Shown in pieces: positions 25,277-39,055 of a stretch of 64,000 nucleotides of DNA. Numbering within the stretch: position 1 is the stretch's first letter; each line of letters opens with the position of its first letter. The translations under genes were made by a program, and so were the position numbers. The notes below the pieces were generated by a model, which made no database searches, had not been told where the DNA came from, and saw nothing but the letters and a program-made list of their open reading frames with translations. This stretch comes from Trichosphaerium sp. ATCC 40318. Lineage: Eukaryota > Protista > Tubulinea. Where the stretch lies: the NCBI GenBank assembly GCA_038496445.1, contig JALMLS010000061.1, forward strand, positions 1 through 64,000, read 5' to 3'.

Positions 25277-25515
25277 TGCCGCCAATTCTTGTAATTTATT
25301 TTAAAAACGTTTGATAGGAGTCGAATGGGGCTGTTATACGCTTCAACCAGATTTTTTCGGTGTTGTGTAGGCTTCTTCTTGTACAAAAGGCTTCAATTGA
25401 AATAAAACGCGAACTTGGATTTTTTGGTCGTTTTCACCGAAAGTCAGGATTATTAGTTCGACATGCAAACCAGGACCCGAATAGTCCGCTGTTATCGGTT
25501 GTAAATAAACTCAAG

Positions 25516-26650
25516 ATGGCAGAGACACAAATTACAGGCGATAAAGATACTCTCGCAGTAAACCGTGAAGAAAAACCTCAAACAACAAAGACAGAGCTTC
25601 ATGCGCCTACACCTGAATCATGCGTTACTGAAAATCCTAATGCTACGTTTGAAGTGTTTGTAAGCGGCCAACGGTTCGAATTAAGTACAACGAAGTGTTT
25701 AAACTTGGAAGGCTCTGTACTGGCTAGTCTGGCGTCAGGAAGATGGAATAATACCAACACGGATGATTTTAAAAGAGATGTAGAGTGTTTTAGGCTTATA
25801 GTAGAATTTATAGAAACAGGAGAAATAAGAGTACCAGAAAACGTTAGTAGGCAGCTTATTGATGAAGAACTCGATTTTTGGGGTGTAGAAACAGAACCTG
25901 AACATTTCAAGTGGGCGTCGTTACTACAAGAAGCGCGTTACAAAGCTCAAAAGGCACGTGAGTACCTTCAATGTTCTTTCAATTGAAGGGGTAACCTTTT
26001 TACCAGGGTTTACTTAAACGTACAAAAACGCATCTTGCCGGTATTTTTAAAGAGATTAGAATAGCTGCCGCTGAAGGTGCGTATATGGTGGTTGTATTAT
26101 GGGGTTTTTCAGGAGCTCATGGATAACTATAGGGTACTATGAAGTTAAAATGTTTGTACTTTCAAATAAAGATTGGCAAGATTGTTCGAATACAATGGAA
26201 CAAGAAGGTGTCGAATCATGTTATCCTTGTATAGTTGGCGATTGGTATTATTATTGGTGCGTATTTAATAACGTTTTTTTTTGTATTGCAAGCCTTTATG
26301 GTAGCGTGTTTGGCGCACGTGAACAAGAATTTGAAAGTGCAACTGAAATTTGGTTTTAATTCGATCTTTTGTTTCGTCCTTACCTTGAACCTTACTTTGT
26401 ATGTACTAGTGAGGAGTCACCTATGCTTGATATTGTATCAACTATACTTACACGAAAAGGATTTAAAGTCCAATCAACCATGGTAAAAGAAGCAGCTATT
26501 GATATGTCTATTGTAAATGCACATCAACAAAAAGAAAAGAAACGTGTTGTATATACTGAGAACCCATTACAGATCAAAATACAATGGCATGTTGAAGATA
26601 ATACTCTCAAAGATCATGTTGTAAATGAAATGATGCAAGAGTTCTTGTAA
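25516..26650 (+). CDS. BTB/POZ (KCTD/T1-type) domain protein
   Basis: FEVFVSGQRFELSTTKCLNLEGSVLASLASGRW..RDVECFRLIVEFIETG..EELDFWGV; downstream exons run to TAA at 26650. First intron is GC-AG (25954). Confidence 0.8.
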
Positions 26651-27325
26651 ATAACAGTATAAACCAAATAAGGAACGCAAACTTTTGTATCGTGTATATT
26701 CTTGGAGTCTTCTTGAAATCTGGGCTTGCAAAACAACCCACCGCCTCACACTTTTACTAGTTAACAAACAGAATAAGCTAAGTTCTTTCTTAGTATTTAC
26801 AATAACTCAGTTTTGTCTATTCCTTGTACTTCACTTACGTATGGCTAGTGTGAAGTTTTTCTAGGGTCACAAACAATGCAGTGCACGCTACGCCCGAAGA
26901 TTAAACAGCATCTGAAGCCAATGGAGTTTATCATGTATACACACTGTTCATTGCAACTCACGGCGGTTCTGGTGAACCTGTACCTATGACTGGAAAGACT
27001 TGGGGTACAGATTTAGTATTCTCAATTGTGACAAAAGGTGGCAAAGACAGGTGCACAAAGATTTGGAATGATATATTTGCATGCAAAAAACATCATGAGT
27101 ACACTTGTATTTTAAAAACGTGGTCGTAAACACAACTACCCTGTCATAATAAAGCGTATTTTTTGGAGGATACAAAACCACTTTCCTTTAATTTTCTTAC
27201 TTTCAGGTGCAAGACATTTTTTACGTTCTAACGAATCATCACCTGTACTAAATAAAGCGTGTATGCAACACTTTTTGGAAACCCAGCGCTTCATGTTATT
27301 TGCGTTATTATTCAAAAATGAGGTT

Positions 27326-30300
27326 TTACCAGAGGTCGTCATCGTCATCAAACAAGCTAAAGCTGAATATTTCGTTATCAAATTTGAAAGGACAAGCTTT
27401 TAACTTGTCTTCATATTTTTTCCAAACTACCTCGAGAATAAGCACGACTGCCATTAAGAATAAAAAAGCTTCTCTTTTGTTTGGACAAAGTAGTACCTTT
27501 GAAGGGCTTAATCTCATCTGGTGGATCATCTGCACAGATAAGCTTTAACCTTCCAGGAAACTGAATAATGCTTTCAAAGAAAGCGCTTTTGTAGACTTAA
27601 AAGTTTGTAAGTTGACACGTGATATTAAGGTTGCAAAAGGTATTTTCGTTTGTAGCAAACAATTGTGGCTGTTGTTCATATTTTACGCCCATGGTGTTCA
27701 ATTAATAATATTGTCAACAGAGTACGTACTAGGGTTACCACACAAGTTCACTTGTTGTAAATTTATACTTGTCTTAAGGATCATAGCTATAGCTAGAAAA
27801 ATACAAGTTAGTTTGTTATTAGATATTGCGTTCCTCTTACTTTCTGCTTTTAATCTACAATATTTCAAATTAAGCTTAAACAGGTTCGGTGCACTTGCCA
27901 ATAAGTAGCAAATAATATTATCATCTGCAACCCAATCTAAGTCAAAAACATTAGCTTCAAGGCTATTTTTAGATTAAAACAAAAAGAAGCTTGGTCACAA
28001 CAACCAACTGAGTGTACAAAATAATTTATATGTAAGGCGTTTTATATTCATTAATTTGACTATCAAGAAGATAGTAAAAGACGGAAAGAGATGATTAGGA
28101 GCAAAGAGTACCTGACAAGTCAAGAATGAGTATTTTACTAAAGTCAATTCGCTTCCAATCCATAGGAAGCCATGAAGTCGTAGAACAGTTTCTTAAAGAT
28201 AAGTTTACAAGTCTTGGACACTTATCAATAATACTGCGTAAAGCCAGTGCTGATACATTGCAATTAAGGTGAAGCTCCCTACATACAAAAAAAAGTTAGA
28301 AACCAAAAAAACATCTCCTATCAAAAAAAACAAAGTGAGGCGCCCAAGAGCATAAACCCAATTTGCTTGAGCTAAAAAACCATCTGGCTATACAATCAAA
28401 GTAATTTAGTGTAAACTTAGTGCGTACCTGACACCATAGAAGGTTTCTGTAATAACTCTGAGCAAGGGCGAATCCTGTTGAAAAAAATAGTGTTAACACC
28501 TTTAGCACTTAAAGACTATCATACTTACAATATTAATTGGGGGTTTGTAAGCGGTAAGATTTAGGTTCTTAACTTTGGTTGCAGGATAAAAAGTACGTTT
28601 AGTCTGTAAGGAGAAACAACCAAGTTAGAAATCAATAAAATAATTTGTTTGAACAAAAAACCACAAAATGTTGACGCACCATAATGTCAATATCAGACGT
28701 CGTTTTGAATGTAGTAGTATTAATATTAATATCTTCAAGACAAGATATAATCTTCCTAGAACACAATCTCATAATATCAAAAGTGCCCGTAAAGGCTCTA
28801 AAAAAATGGAAAATAAGTCTGAAAATACTTAAGTACTATGAAACGCTGTCAGCAGTTAATGGATGTCTTACGTTAAGTTTAATGTTTTTAGTGGTATGTG
28901 AGTGTATTGCATAGCACGGTCTACATCTATAGCTGTCTCAGATACATCAATATGAGCAAGTTTTCGACAAGGTGATTTAATAGCCTCAAGTAAAAGTTCA
29001 CTTGAGTTTGTCTTCGCTAGGTTAAGCCTTTCCAAGTTAGGCATGAAATCAAATATGCCTTTAATATTAGATAACCTAAAAGATAGTATAAAGTTATAAA
29101 ACAACAAATACTAGTCAATATAAAAACGAGAAAACTTACACTTTTGGGTCATAGTTATTTCCAGATAAGTCAAGTGATGTTAAGTTGTTCCATTTATTTC
29201 TATCACATCTACCGAAATTAAAAAACATCATTATCATTCTCCACCCATCATATCCACCACCTATAATTGAACAGTTACACTAAATCAAACAAACAAGATG
29301 TTGAAAAAACGGAAGATTTTGATCTTCATACCTTTTCTGAACCTCAACTTTCTTAAGCTTTGACTTGCTGGTATGTTATTGACACGCATATTTTTTGATC
29401 TGTAGTATGGAAAATACTGAGGTTTCTTCTTATTATACAAAGCATCTTTTGGTAATAACGAACAACCTGTCAAGTCTAGCTCTTCTAGAAGTGGATTATC
29501 CAACCAAGGTTGAACATCCTCAAAAACAGGACAACTTGCTTCTAGAGTTAAAAACCTCAGCTTCTTGAAGCATTTAGCTGCTTTTTTCATATCATTAGAA
29601 TCTTCCGCTCTTTGATTAGACACGTGCAGAGATACCAATCTATAAAACTCGATTGTAAGCACATTTCTCTGAAATACAAGAATAAGGTCACCTATGTCCT
29701 AGTATACGCGCAATTTTGAAGAGAGCTTTTGAATCACCGTAAACAGATCGTATATCCAAGTGTACAAGCAGAAGAAATAATAAGAACGAAAGCAAGTATA
29801 AACGGCAAGAAAATACAAAAAAGAAAAAGTTGTTCTCACTTGTTTGCATGATTTGGCTATGCTCTCAAACGGAAAAGCGCTTGGATTTCTCTACAGGTAG
29901 TTAGTATTACTTAGCACACTTGCTTTATAATAAATGTACCAAGTTGCGCAGATTCAGTATCCTTAAACTAGCTGAATTGTCACAAATAGCTCCGATCACT
30001 TCGTGGTTTACATAACCAATTAACTTTGCTTTATGAAAATTCAAGATCTCCTGTATTCTCATTAGTCACGTGATCATAATTTAATAAAAAAATCAGCGTA
30101 CTTGAGCTGGTGATAAGAGATCGTTAATGACACCTACAATCATTAACAAAAGTGTGAGAAAAAGAAGAGTGATACCTGCTGATAGTTGCATTTGCTTAAA
30201 ACTGCTATTTTGTTTTCGAACACAACCACAGATGTAATTCAGGATATCACGCTTAATACCACTCGGAAGACCAACAAGTGATGGTTTAACTGCCTTATTA

Positions 30301-31092
30301 TGCAGATTTCGAGCTATCACACGCAACACACGGTTTTGTAAAGTAGGAAACACCTGTACAACAAATCAGTCACTAATTTTCAGTGAATGTTGTTAGAGTG
30401 CCTTTGGTTTAATCCGTATGCCCATTTCAATTTCGTATTGCTCTTGATCTTCAAAAGGAGCAAGTTTTTCTCTTGGAATAAAAATCGCTGGCCCATTTAC
30501 TGGTACCTGAACGCCCGTTAGAAGCAATAAATAAAAAAATTAATGTCGAATCTTTGGACGTAACTGGAACACGTGTAGGTGCCTGAGCTGCCCTCGCCTC
30601 AGCTGCTAGCCTTCTCTCTTTTGCTTCACGTTCGATACGCTCTTTTTGAGCTGGTAAACTGGTTAGTAAGGGGTTGTAGAAGAACGGTTTTACTTGCCAT
30701 CATGAAATGCTTTAATTAGTGCAACGCATTCAAGTTCATCTTCAGGCTACAGGGATATTATTAATCGCTTACAGTAAAAGTAGGAGCTTCACAGTGCGTT
30801 TAGGTAAAGCATGATAAAAACAGAATTAAGTAGTGCATGACAGCTGTGTCGCTGTTGTCACGCGCAAAAAAGCCGTAGAGTTGATTGGTAGCGTTAAAAC
30901 AACATTTTACCTCCCAAGTTGCTTCTTCTTCAGGATAACCGTCCCATTTAACGAGGTACTCAACTGCGCCCTAAAATAAAATACTGTTACGGTTCTTGAA
31001 GAATAATAAGTGAAATGTATAACCTGTTTCTTGCGTCTCTTCAAAATCCTCTCAGGTACCCAATCATCGTCGTCATCATAGTATTCTGCCAT
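27326..31092 (-). CDS. Chromodomain + BC-box-like motif + cysteine-containing LRR protein
   Basis: WVPERILKRRKKQ|GAVEYLVKWDGYPEEEATWE|PEDEL (chromodomain); PTLQNRVLRVIARNL..LVGLPSGIKRDIL; LRRs LEELDLTGCS, LERLNLAKTN, LAHIDVSETA, LFKLNLKYCR and LQQVNLCGN. Confidence 0.8.
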
Positions 31093-31374
31093 TACCAGCT
31101 TCTAAAGGTAAAAAGAGTTCGTGTTTATGACTTAATGGGTAATTAAGTCTACTGCTGTTTAAACCGTTCAAATCCTTTGTACCGCGTCCTGACACGTGGT
31201 GTACTTTAATCTGGAAGAAACAATCGCATTGTGATCAGCTGTTAAAGCTGATACGCTTGCGACCTTATTTTTAAATGAGTTCTTCAAAGAAAAAGCGTTC
31301 TCGGTTCGGTAGGGTCGTTTAAAGTTTTGAACTTAATTTCTAGAATTGTAGTGAACTGACAATTTTTTTTAGCC

Positions 31375-32863
31375 ATGTACAGGGCTGCCCTACGCGCGTC
31401 GCCATCAGTAAAAGGAAAATCACGAAGTAAATCTAAAGCAGCACCAAAGGTAATCAATCATACTTAAAACGCGAATTTAACGTACCAATCGTTTTATAAC
31501 AGGCATCTAGGCTAAAAAGATAAACCCTAAGACCATTGATTGGCTTAACTTGTACCGTACAGACCAAATCTCCTCCTTGACTGTACCACAGCTAAAAGGT
31601 AATCTATTGATCGACTAAGAACGTCGTTTACCGCTTTTCTACAATTTTTTGTTCAAAAAACGTTTTTTTTTGGCCGTTAACCGTTCTTACACTTATAATT
31701 TAGCGTATATTACTTGGAAAGAATTGAAAGTAAAAGCAGTTTACAAAATGAAAAAGAGTGAACTTGTAAGGTTCATCAAAGAACAGTTAGAAAACGTGCG
31801 TGTTTACAATTACACCTGCCTTTATAAATCAATCAACTATCTTTCCGTTTCCGAAAGGCTGTTAGTTGAACCACAAAAAACTAGTACACAACCCTTACTA
31901 CTTTTCGTACCCACGTGATATTTTGAGTTCCTTGTCAAATTATTTAGAACTAAACTGTGGAAATAACCAAAAACTTGATAAAAATAAATACTTACTCATT
32001 GCTACCACAGGAGTACTTTGACAGTATCAACGAAGAAGCAGAGCGCCAAAAGAAAGAAGACCAAGAGAAGAATGATTTCATGTTGGCCTTAGAATTGAGT
32101 AAAGAGGAAGAATATAAAAAAGAAGTTGAAGAAGCAGATCGTTTATATACGATGGCTTTAATTTCAGATAAAAATGCTGTTTCCCAGTCCAACAACGAAA
32201 CTATGATTGATGATGATCTTGATGACTTTGATCTAAAGTATATTATAGAAGGTGAATCATCACGCGATGGTTTATCAACATCAAAAGACGACTTAAGCGA
32301 AAGCTGGCTTGGTAGTTTTTCCAAAGATTTTTTTGAAAATTCTCCAGATTGGTCAGTTGTTTCTTCTTCTACTCAAGCGGAATGCTCGACTCCTGCTAAA
32401 TCTAGAGGTACCAAAAGAAAAGCAAACGCACTTAGCAGTGATGTGGATAGCAAAGATGAAGACTTGGTATTCGTACCACCTCAATTAGAGTACTTGACAG
32501 CCGAAGAGAAACAAAGCCGTAGAGAAATTATAATGAAAAAAGCTATGGAGAGAAGAAAGCGTGAAGAGACTAGAGGCACGTGCGACTATTTTATTTTTCA
32601 ATCTTCCTTGAGACTACCTATACCCACAAGTGATAGTGGGTATAAAATTCCGTTATTTATATCGTGGTTGTGTTAACAAGGAGTTTGTTTTAGGTGGTAG
32701 TGGAAAGTTAAGTAAAAAACTTAAAAAACTCAAAAGTCAGTCACCGAAAAAGGACACTTCTGAGGTTTCTGGTAAACATACCCTTCGTGTACGCCAACAA
32801 AAATTTATTATCTATGTTACTCCTTATTCTCTAAAATTGTCTTTATAGTGGCGCATGAATTAA
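31375..32863 (+). CDS. SAP-like domain protein with acidic/disordered C-terminus
   Basis: ISSLTVPQLK|AYITWKELKVKAVYKMKKSELVRFIKE, UIM-like DFMLALELSKEE, and a long exon within ORF 31957-32676. Confidence 0.6.
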
Positions 32864-32911
32864 TAGTGTGAGGTTGTTTGCAAAAAAAAGACTATTGTAA
32901 TAAAAGTGCAT

Positions 32912-35900
32912 TTATATGTTGTAAACAAAGGGAGCTACTGGCATCGGTGTAGGAACAGAAGGTGGTATAAAAGAGCTCATACACTTGTCAGGATCATTAA
33001 GGTTCCTCACACTCACTTCGAAAGTATTACCAAATATACCAGAAAATGTATTCATTGAGTTCTAATAAAAAAGTCACGTGTTTGTTTCGGAGATATAAGC
33101 AAAAAAACCCAACGTACAAAGAGAAGACTTGATTCTTCATCAAAGTAAGGTTTGTTAACTATTGCGCCAGGGAAAACTGGAGTAACTACCTCAGGTAGTA
33201 CTGCACCAGTCTTGAGTATAGTATATTGAATATTAACCTGATCTTCCGGAGCTTTCTCATCCCAAATATCTCCAACGCTTAGTGAAACTATAAACTCGGA
33301 ATCTGTTCCTGGTGTTGCCAATGCCGAAACACCACGCCACTTACTTCGTTCAAATCTTACTTCTGAAGTATTAGAATACAACTCTATAGGTTCTGATAAA
33401 GATATGTTCCCAGTTGTACAGTTGACTGTAGCAAAGAAAGCAAGAAGACGATATGTATCCCATAAAGGAGCCAAAACCAGAAGTCTTTCAGTTTCTGTAT
33501 TGTAAGCCATCATCAACGCTGAATTTGGAATTCTCTGTGGTACAGGAGATACAGGAACATCAATTTCGGGAAATTCCTAGATGAAGTTACTACAGAGACT
33601 AGTCGTAAACAATCATCTTACCTCTTGAGAGTTAAATACAGAAAGCTTAAATTTGCCTCTTGCTGACATTGTAACAAAGCATTCTCCATGTACTTGTGCT
33701 GCCGTAGTTGGGTTACGTCCTACCCTTTCTCTAACGATTCTAGTGTCATTATCGTATACGTAGTAGTGGCTAAAAGTATTACGATTGTGAAGAATGATGT
33801 CAGGTGACTCTTAAAAGTTACATGTTAATATGGCTGCAAACAATAAAAGAAAAAAGTACCTGAAACAATGAATGATGTGTGAGCTGGATTATCCACCGAA
33901 TCATAAGCAAGAGATCTACAATCTTCGTTATAAATAATCCCCTAGAAAGAGGTAAGCACAACTTTAAAGCTATAGAAAACCAATTACCGTAGTATCATTA
34001 AGAAGGAACTTTGTTACATCAATATTGTCTCGAACAACCTCTGATATGACATACATGCCATCACTTCCTTGTAATATACCACGTGGTAATCCCATAATTT
34101 CTAGTTTTTGAGAATATTTACCGAAAGCCAGATCTACATTAACTTAATTGAGGCTTGTCATAAAATTATACTACAGTACCTTCAAGCAGGAAAAAATAAA
34201 CAAGCATTTTGGGATTGTCAAAACGAGACTCAGGATCAGGCTCGGATGCCGCAACCACATAGTATTTTTCATCACCCAAAGTAACAACAGATGATAAAGC
34301 GTCTTCAATAGTGAAGTTGCGTAACTCTGGAGCGAACTGTCTGAGATAGTAAAACTTGTTACATTGAAGAAATGTAACAGGATCTTAAAGTACAAGTAAA
34401 CAATATTATAAGTCAGCAATAACGTACCAATAACTTGAGTTTCAGGTGTCACTGGCTTCTCATTAAATTCACATGAATCAATTACTTTGAAGTAGAAAGC
34501 GCCAAATTGTTCTGGTTGAGCAGAAAGCTACAAAGAGATAGTTAGATGTACAAAACACAAATTATTTTTCTCACAATAATAGTGCAATCAAAACCGAATC
34601 CTATGTTTGATACTTCAACAAATCCTTCTCTAAAGTTCACTCCACCTCTTTCAATGCTTCCGTCAGTATTCAATCTTATCACAGGTTGATAATTTTCCCT
34701 TGCATAGGTGATATAAGCAACAACTCCAGGGACTTTATCCTCAGTTGACGCAATATCAATAAATTCGAGTGAATGAAATCTATTAAAAGCTATGTCTTCC
34801 TCCGCAATAAATACTGGATCACTGGCAATAAAAGGATCCATAGTTCCATCTATGACTATCACATAAGCTTCTCTATTTGGTGTCATAAGGTTGTAGGCAA
34901 GAACTAGTTTATATTCAGCTTTGTTGAGTGTGATTCTGAACGACATAGTGTTGTTTATTCTGAGGTTTGATACAACTTCAGTATCCATCTTGCACCGTTA
35001 AGAGCGTACAAAAAGTTTAATTAACTTACCTCTAAGTTAATATGGATCATGGATAGTACTGTATCTTTTGTGTAAGCAAATGCTTGATATCCGCTATTGA
35101 GAGGAACCATTTTAGCTTGTGTTACATTTACCAAATCGTCTGCGAGAAAGAAATGAGAATTTCCAACCATATGCCGTCGTTTACCTTTAAAATACTCATC
35201 CTTTATGGTTTCGCTACCACTTGAAAATGTATAGAATGCAAATCCATTAGAATCATTAGCATATCCACAATAATAAAGACCAGAAACTAAGTACAAAACA
35301 TTAGAAAACAATGTTTGTTGTTTGGTTAAAAATACCTGGTTCGAAAGAAGCCACGCTTTGAAGTGCTGACTCTGATGCTGGCTGACGTAACTCAACATGG
35401 TCTGTAATATAATACTAAAGCGTAACAAGGTTTAGTCTAGTTGAAAGGAAAATACATGAACGCACGTGTGTATCATTACGACGTATGTAACGAACTCCAA
35501 ACTTGTTGTAATATGTAAAATAGAATATAGCTATCTCGTCGGGACCTTCAACAGCTTCTACAAGTCTTCCACGCAACGTAATAAGTTGTTCTAATTTTCC
35601 ATCTTTGACCTCTGTATTTGTAGATATTAGCTATTAGTGTCTCCAAAAACGAGTTCTAGGAAGCGTACCTTGAGCAGTGTTAACATATATGTACAATGCA
35701 TTTTGTATTGATCCTCGTTTATTGTTATTAGCTGTTTCGTCATCATCACTGACAATGACAGCAACAGTCTTTTCTCCACCAACAATAGTGCTCAATATTG
35801 GAGCACGCATCGCATTCTCTTCATTGTAGAGAATATAATCATCAGAAGCAAGACAATCTAATGAGATAAATAAGACAGCGTACGTCATAAACTCGAAACC

Positions 35901-35993
35901 AACACTACAAAAAAAAGTCAAAAACAAACAAGACGTACAACACATTTGAAGTGCGATAGTTACACCAAATATAACGGAGATGCTTTGCATCAT
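32912..35993 (-). CDS. Large secreted beta-rich hypothetical protein
   Basis: Hydrophobic N-terminus MMQSISVIFGVTIALQMC and many same-strand exons (35634-35860, 35030-35290, 34570-34990, 33120-33580) with GT-AG boundaries. TAA at 32912. Confidence 0.7.
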
Positions 35994-36506
35994 TGTTGGA
36001 AATTGTGGTTAATGAAAATTACTCGCTAAATTCCCACTGTTGGCTAATTGTGGATACAGTTTTCTCCGCAAAATGATAGATTGTCATGATCACCTTTTAT
36101 GCAATTAATAATAAAACCAAAAATCGTAAGAAAATTCGGCGATATTATTTCTCCTGAGCTCCGCAGTACACTCTAGGCTCTTAAACTGTATATAAAACGA
36201 TAATACGCAATAGAGAGTGCAGTAAGTACTTATCCTTACCTACAAGTAATGTTCTAAATCGGTACTTAGTAGATTTTTGTATCTTACTACATCGTTACAG
36301 AATCATGCAAAAAAAAAAACATCCACGCCAGACAATCCCGCCAGGCAAAGTTTTACACAAAAACCCAGGAAATTGATCACAAACAAATCCAAAAACACGT
36401 CTGAAAAGATGTATGTACGTTATTCTGCCATCGCGAAAACAGTAAAATGAAAAATGAAAGAACTTACATTTAATCAACTAATCTTGCTTTGTACAATACG
36501 ATTATA

Positions 36507-38319
36507 TTAAAAGGGTGATGGTGGTAGAGGCAGGTTATAAGGGTTACCTGCTCTACATGGAGTATACTCAATACCATTCGAAGAACCTTAGAGAAGTAAG
36601 ATAGACCGAAAAAAAAATCAAAAGAAGTACCTCTAAAGCGATGAATTTCATTGTATTCCTTCACCAAGTACTTATAGCCACCGCTTTCAGTCGGCTCTCC
36701 ATCACTATTAATAAGACCCCACCCGTGCCCAACTTCATGGTAACGAAATACGAAGCCACCGGAGAATACTTCTGACATGTCCATAAGCGCGCCTTGGCCT
36801 ACAGTTTTTGTTAAAAGAACACTGGTACTTGTGAAAAAAAAAAGTTTTGGGAACTGACAAAACGTGTCTTACCAAGAGTACTGTTCACCATTTTCTCACC
36901 GTAAAGATATGGTATTTGGTGGAAATATCTTGGTTTAATTGCATTAGCACCATACTCCGTGAAAACAATAGGAACTGGTGGGTTCATGGCTTTAAAGTCA
37001 TCATGAAGGATTCCATAGGCGTTCATTTGATCTATTAAAATGATATCAGTTCATCAGTTCCTAACATCGTATCTTACCTTCAAGTGTCCCTTGACCCCAT
37101 CTATAACAATTGTAGCCTACTATATCCATACGCTCTTCTGGTGAACCACAAAACATCATTTGAGCTGCGTCTAGTGTAAACTTTGGATCATCTCTTTCAG
37201 CCATCATGATTGGTATTTGCCTTTGAAAAAAAATTATTTCGGCAAAAAGTTTGAGATCAGATAAATAATTTTTTTTACTTCTCAAGCGTAATTTAAAATT
37301 AATGTTATAATAACAGAAGATTTTTGTTTCGGGTAGCCCAACATATTTTTTCTCAAAACCCAAATCAAAAAATTCTTTCAAACTCTTGAATTCCACAACT
37401 TACCTAAATCCTCTCTCTTTCATGTATTTACGTAAATCACGTGCTCCTGCTTTCATAATACTTGGTATAGGGTACTGTAGCGGTGTGGCAGAATCGAGAA
37501 CTTCATTACCAATAGAAAAGGCGAGAACCTACAGAACAAATCGATTAAAATCCGACCAGCTTTTTCGAATCAATTTTCTGAGATAAATAAAAAAGACACA
37601 AAAGATTGGGTACATTATCGTAACGAGCGAATTTATCTGCTACCATTCTTAGTCTCACAGCATAATTAGCACCATAGTAAGGCTAAAAAAAACGTCATTA
37701 GAGAAAAAAAAAACTAAAACAGTTCATTATGTGTACGTTGCTTCTGTCTATGGCGCTATACTGATCAACTGCACCAACAATAACATAGATACCATGTTCA
37801 AGCAAGTAATCCATCACCTACAAACGAAAAAGGTAAGCTTCATTCCATAAACCCAAATGAAAAAATAAACTGAACGGAAAAATAATTACTGCGTACTAAT
37901 CTATGGCTAATCTCTGATGCTACATTCACTTGGTATACGCGTACACTGTTAATACCTAGTATTACAATCAAGATTAGAAAATAAATACTGAAAAGGAGGC
38001 TCACCTAGGTCTCTCCACCTCCCGTGCACTAAATCTCTTACTGTGTCAAAGTTAGCATCTTCTAGTGCGTCTAGTCCATCCTTGATAAAATGTCACGTGA
38101 TTTGGTTGTCTACAAATTAAAAGGATTGTTTCGGGATTAATGGCGTACAGTGGGTTGATAAGCAATGCCTTTAGGACTCCAACGTTGTCCATCTTTTAAA
38201 AAGATGTTCCCGTGTATTGAAATTATGTTTGAGTCTCTTGTGCGGTTAAATCCGTTTAGTGTGGTACATGAAGCGTATGATAGTATGCTTATTGCTATAA
38301 TGAGAAAGATAAGCTGCAT
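36507..38319 (-). CDS. GH72 beta-1,3-glucanosyltransferase (Gas/Gel/Phr-like), secreted
   Basis: Signal peptide; IHGNIF..KGIAYQP, GINSVRVYQV, GIYVIV, FARYDNVLAFSIGNEV, RDLRKYM, FCG..DIVGYNCYRW, PIVFTEYG, MSEVFSGGFVFRY..GWGLI. Both catalytic Glu motifs (GNEV, TEYG) are present. Confidence 0.92.
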
Positions 38320-39055
38320 CTTGTACGTTTGTTTGTTAAATTGGTTAATGTTTGACCACAAAAGGAATGTAGACTTTTCTTGTCAAAGTCCAAACTGCTG
38401 TCAATGTTCGTTCACTAATGACGTTATACGTGGGCCACGGAACGATCTTCTAGGATACAAGTTGTCATCTGACAAAACCAGTCAGAGTTTTAAGCAAGAT
38501 ATGATGCACATTCAGCTTTGTGCGTAAAACTCATTTTCTGAACAAAAACTATTGATGTGCCGTCCGGCAGTAGAAGTTTAAATACAATTGAGGTAGTTGT
38601 GATATTTTTTGATTGATTTAAAAGATTGGTGCGCTAAATCTCAGTGAGGGACTGACATAGAATTATTTGTAGTGAATATAATGCTCATACAAAATCTTTC
38701 AAACTCTATTTTTTTTCCGCTGTACTTGCTACGGTTTTTGTACCAAAATAAAAAGCAAGACGTTTCTGTATAAGGTAAAAAAAAAAAAAGTTGAGAAGCG
38801 ATACCTTCCGATAATGAGCAATGAGTAGTACAATCGCAAACTGACTCCGATAGGTTGTATTGAAGGCCTTCTGGTATTTGTGGAAGAACCAATACCCTTG
38901 GCCTCATCTCGCCTATACTCCTGTGCCTCACAAGAATCGTAACATTAAAAAACCTCGTTGACTTTTGTAATTAATCAAGCCCAATCACATATCATCACAA
39001 AACGATTTTTTATTTACTTCCGTAAAGCAAAAAAAGTTCAGTTTTCTTGTCTAGT

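Noticed and set aside
36150-36300. Possible snRNA (hairpins, AGATTTTTGT Sm-like site, CTTACCT)
   Set aside because: No convincing match to U1, U2, U4, U5 or minor snRNA cores, and such motifs are common in AT-rich DNA.
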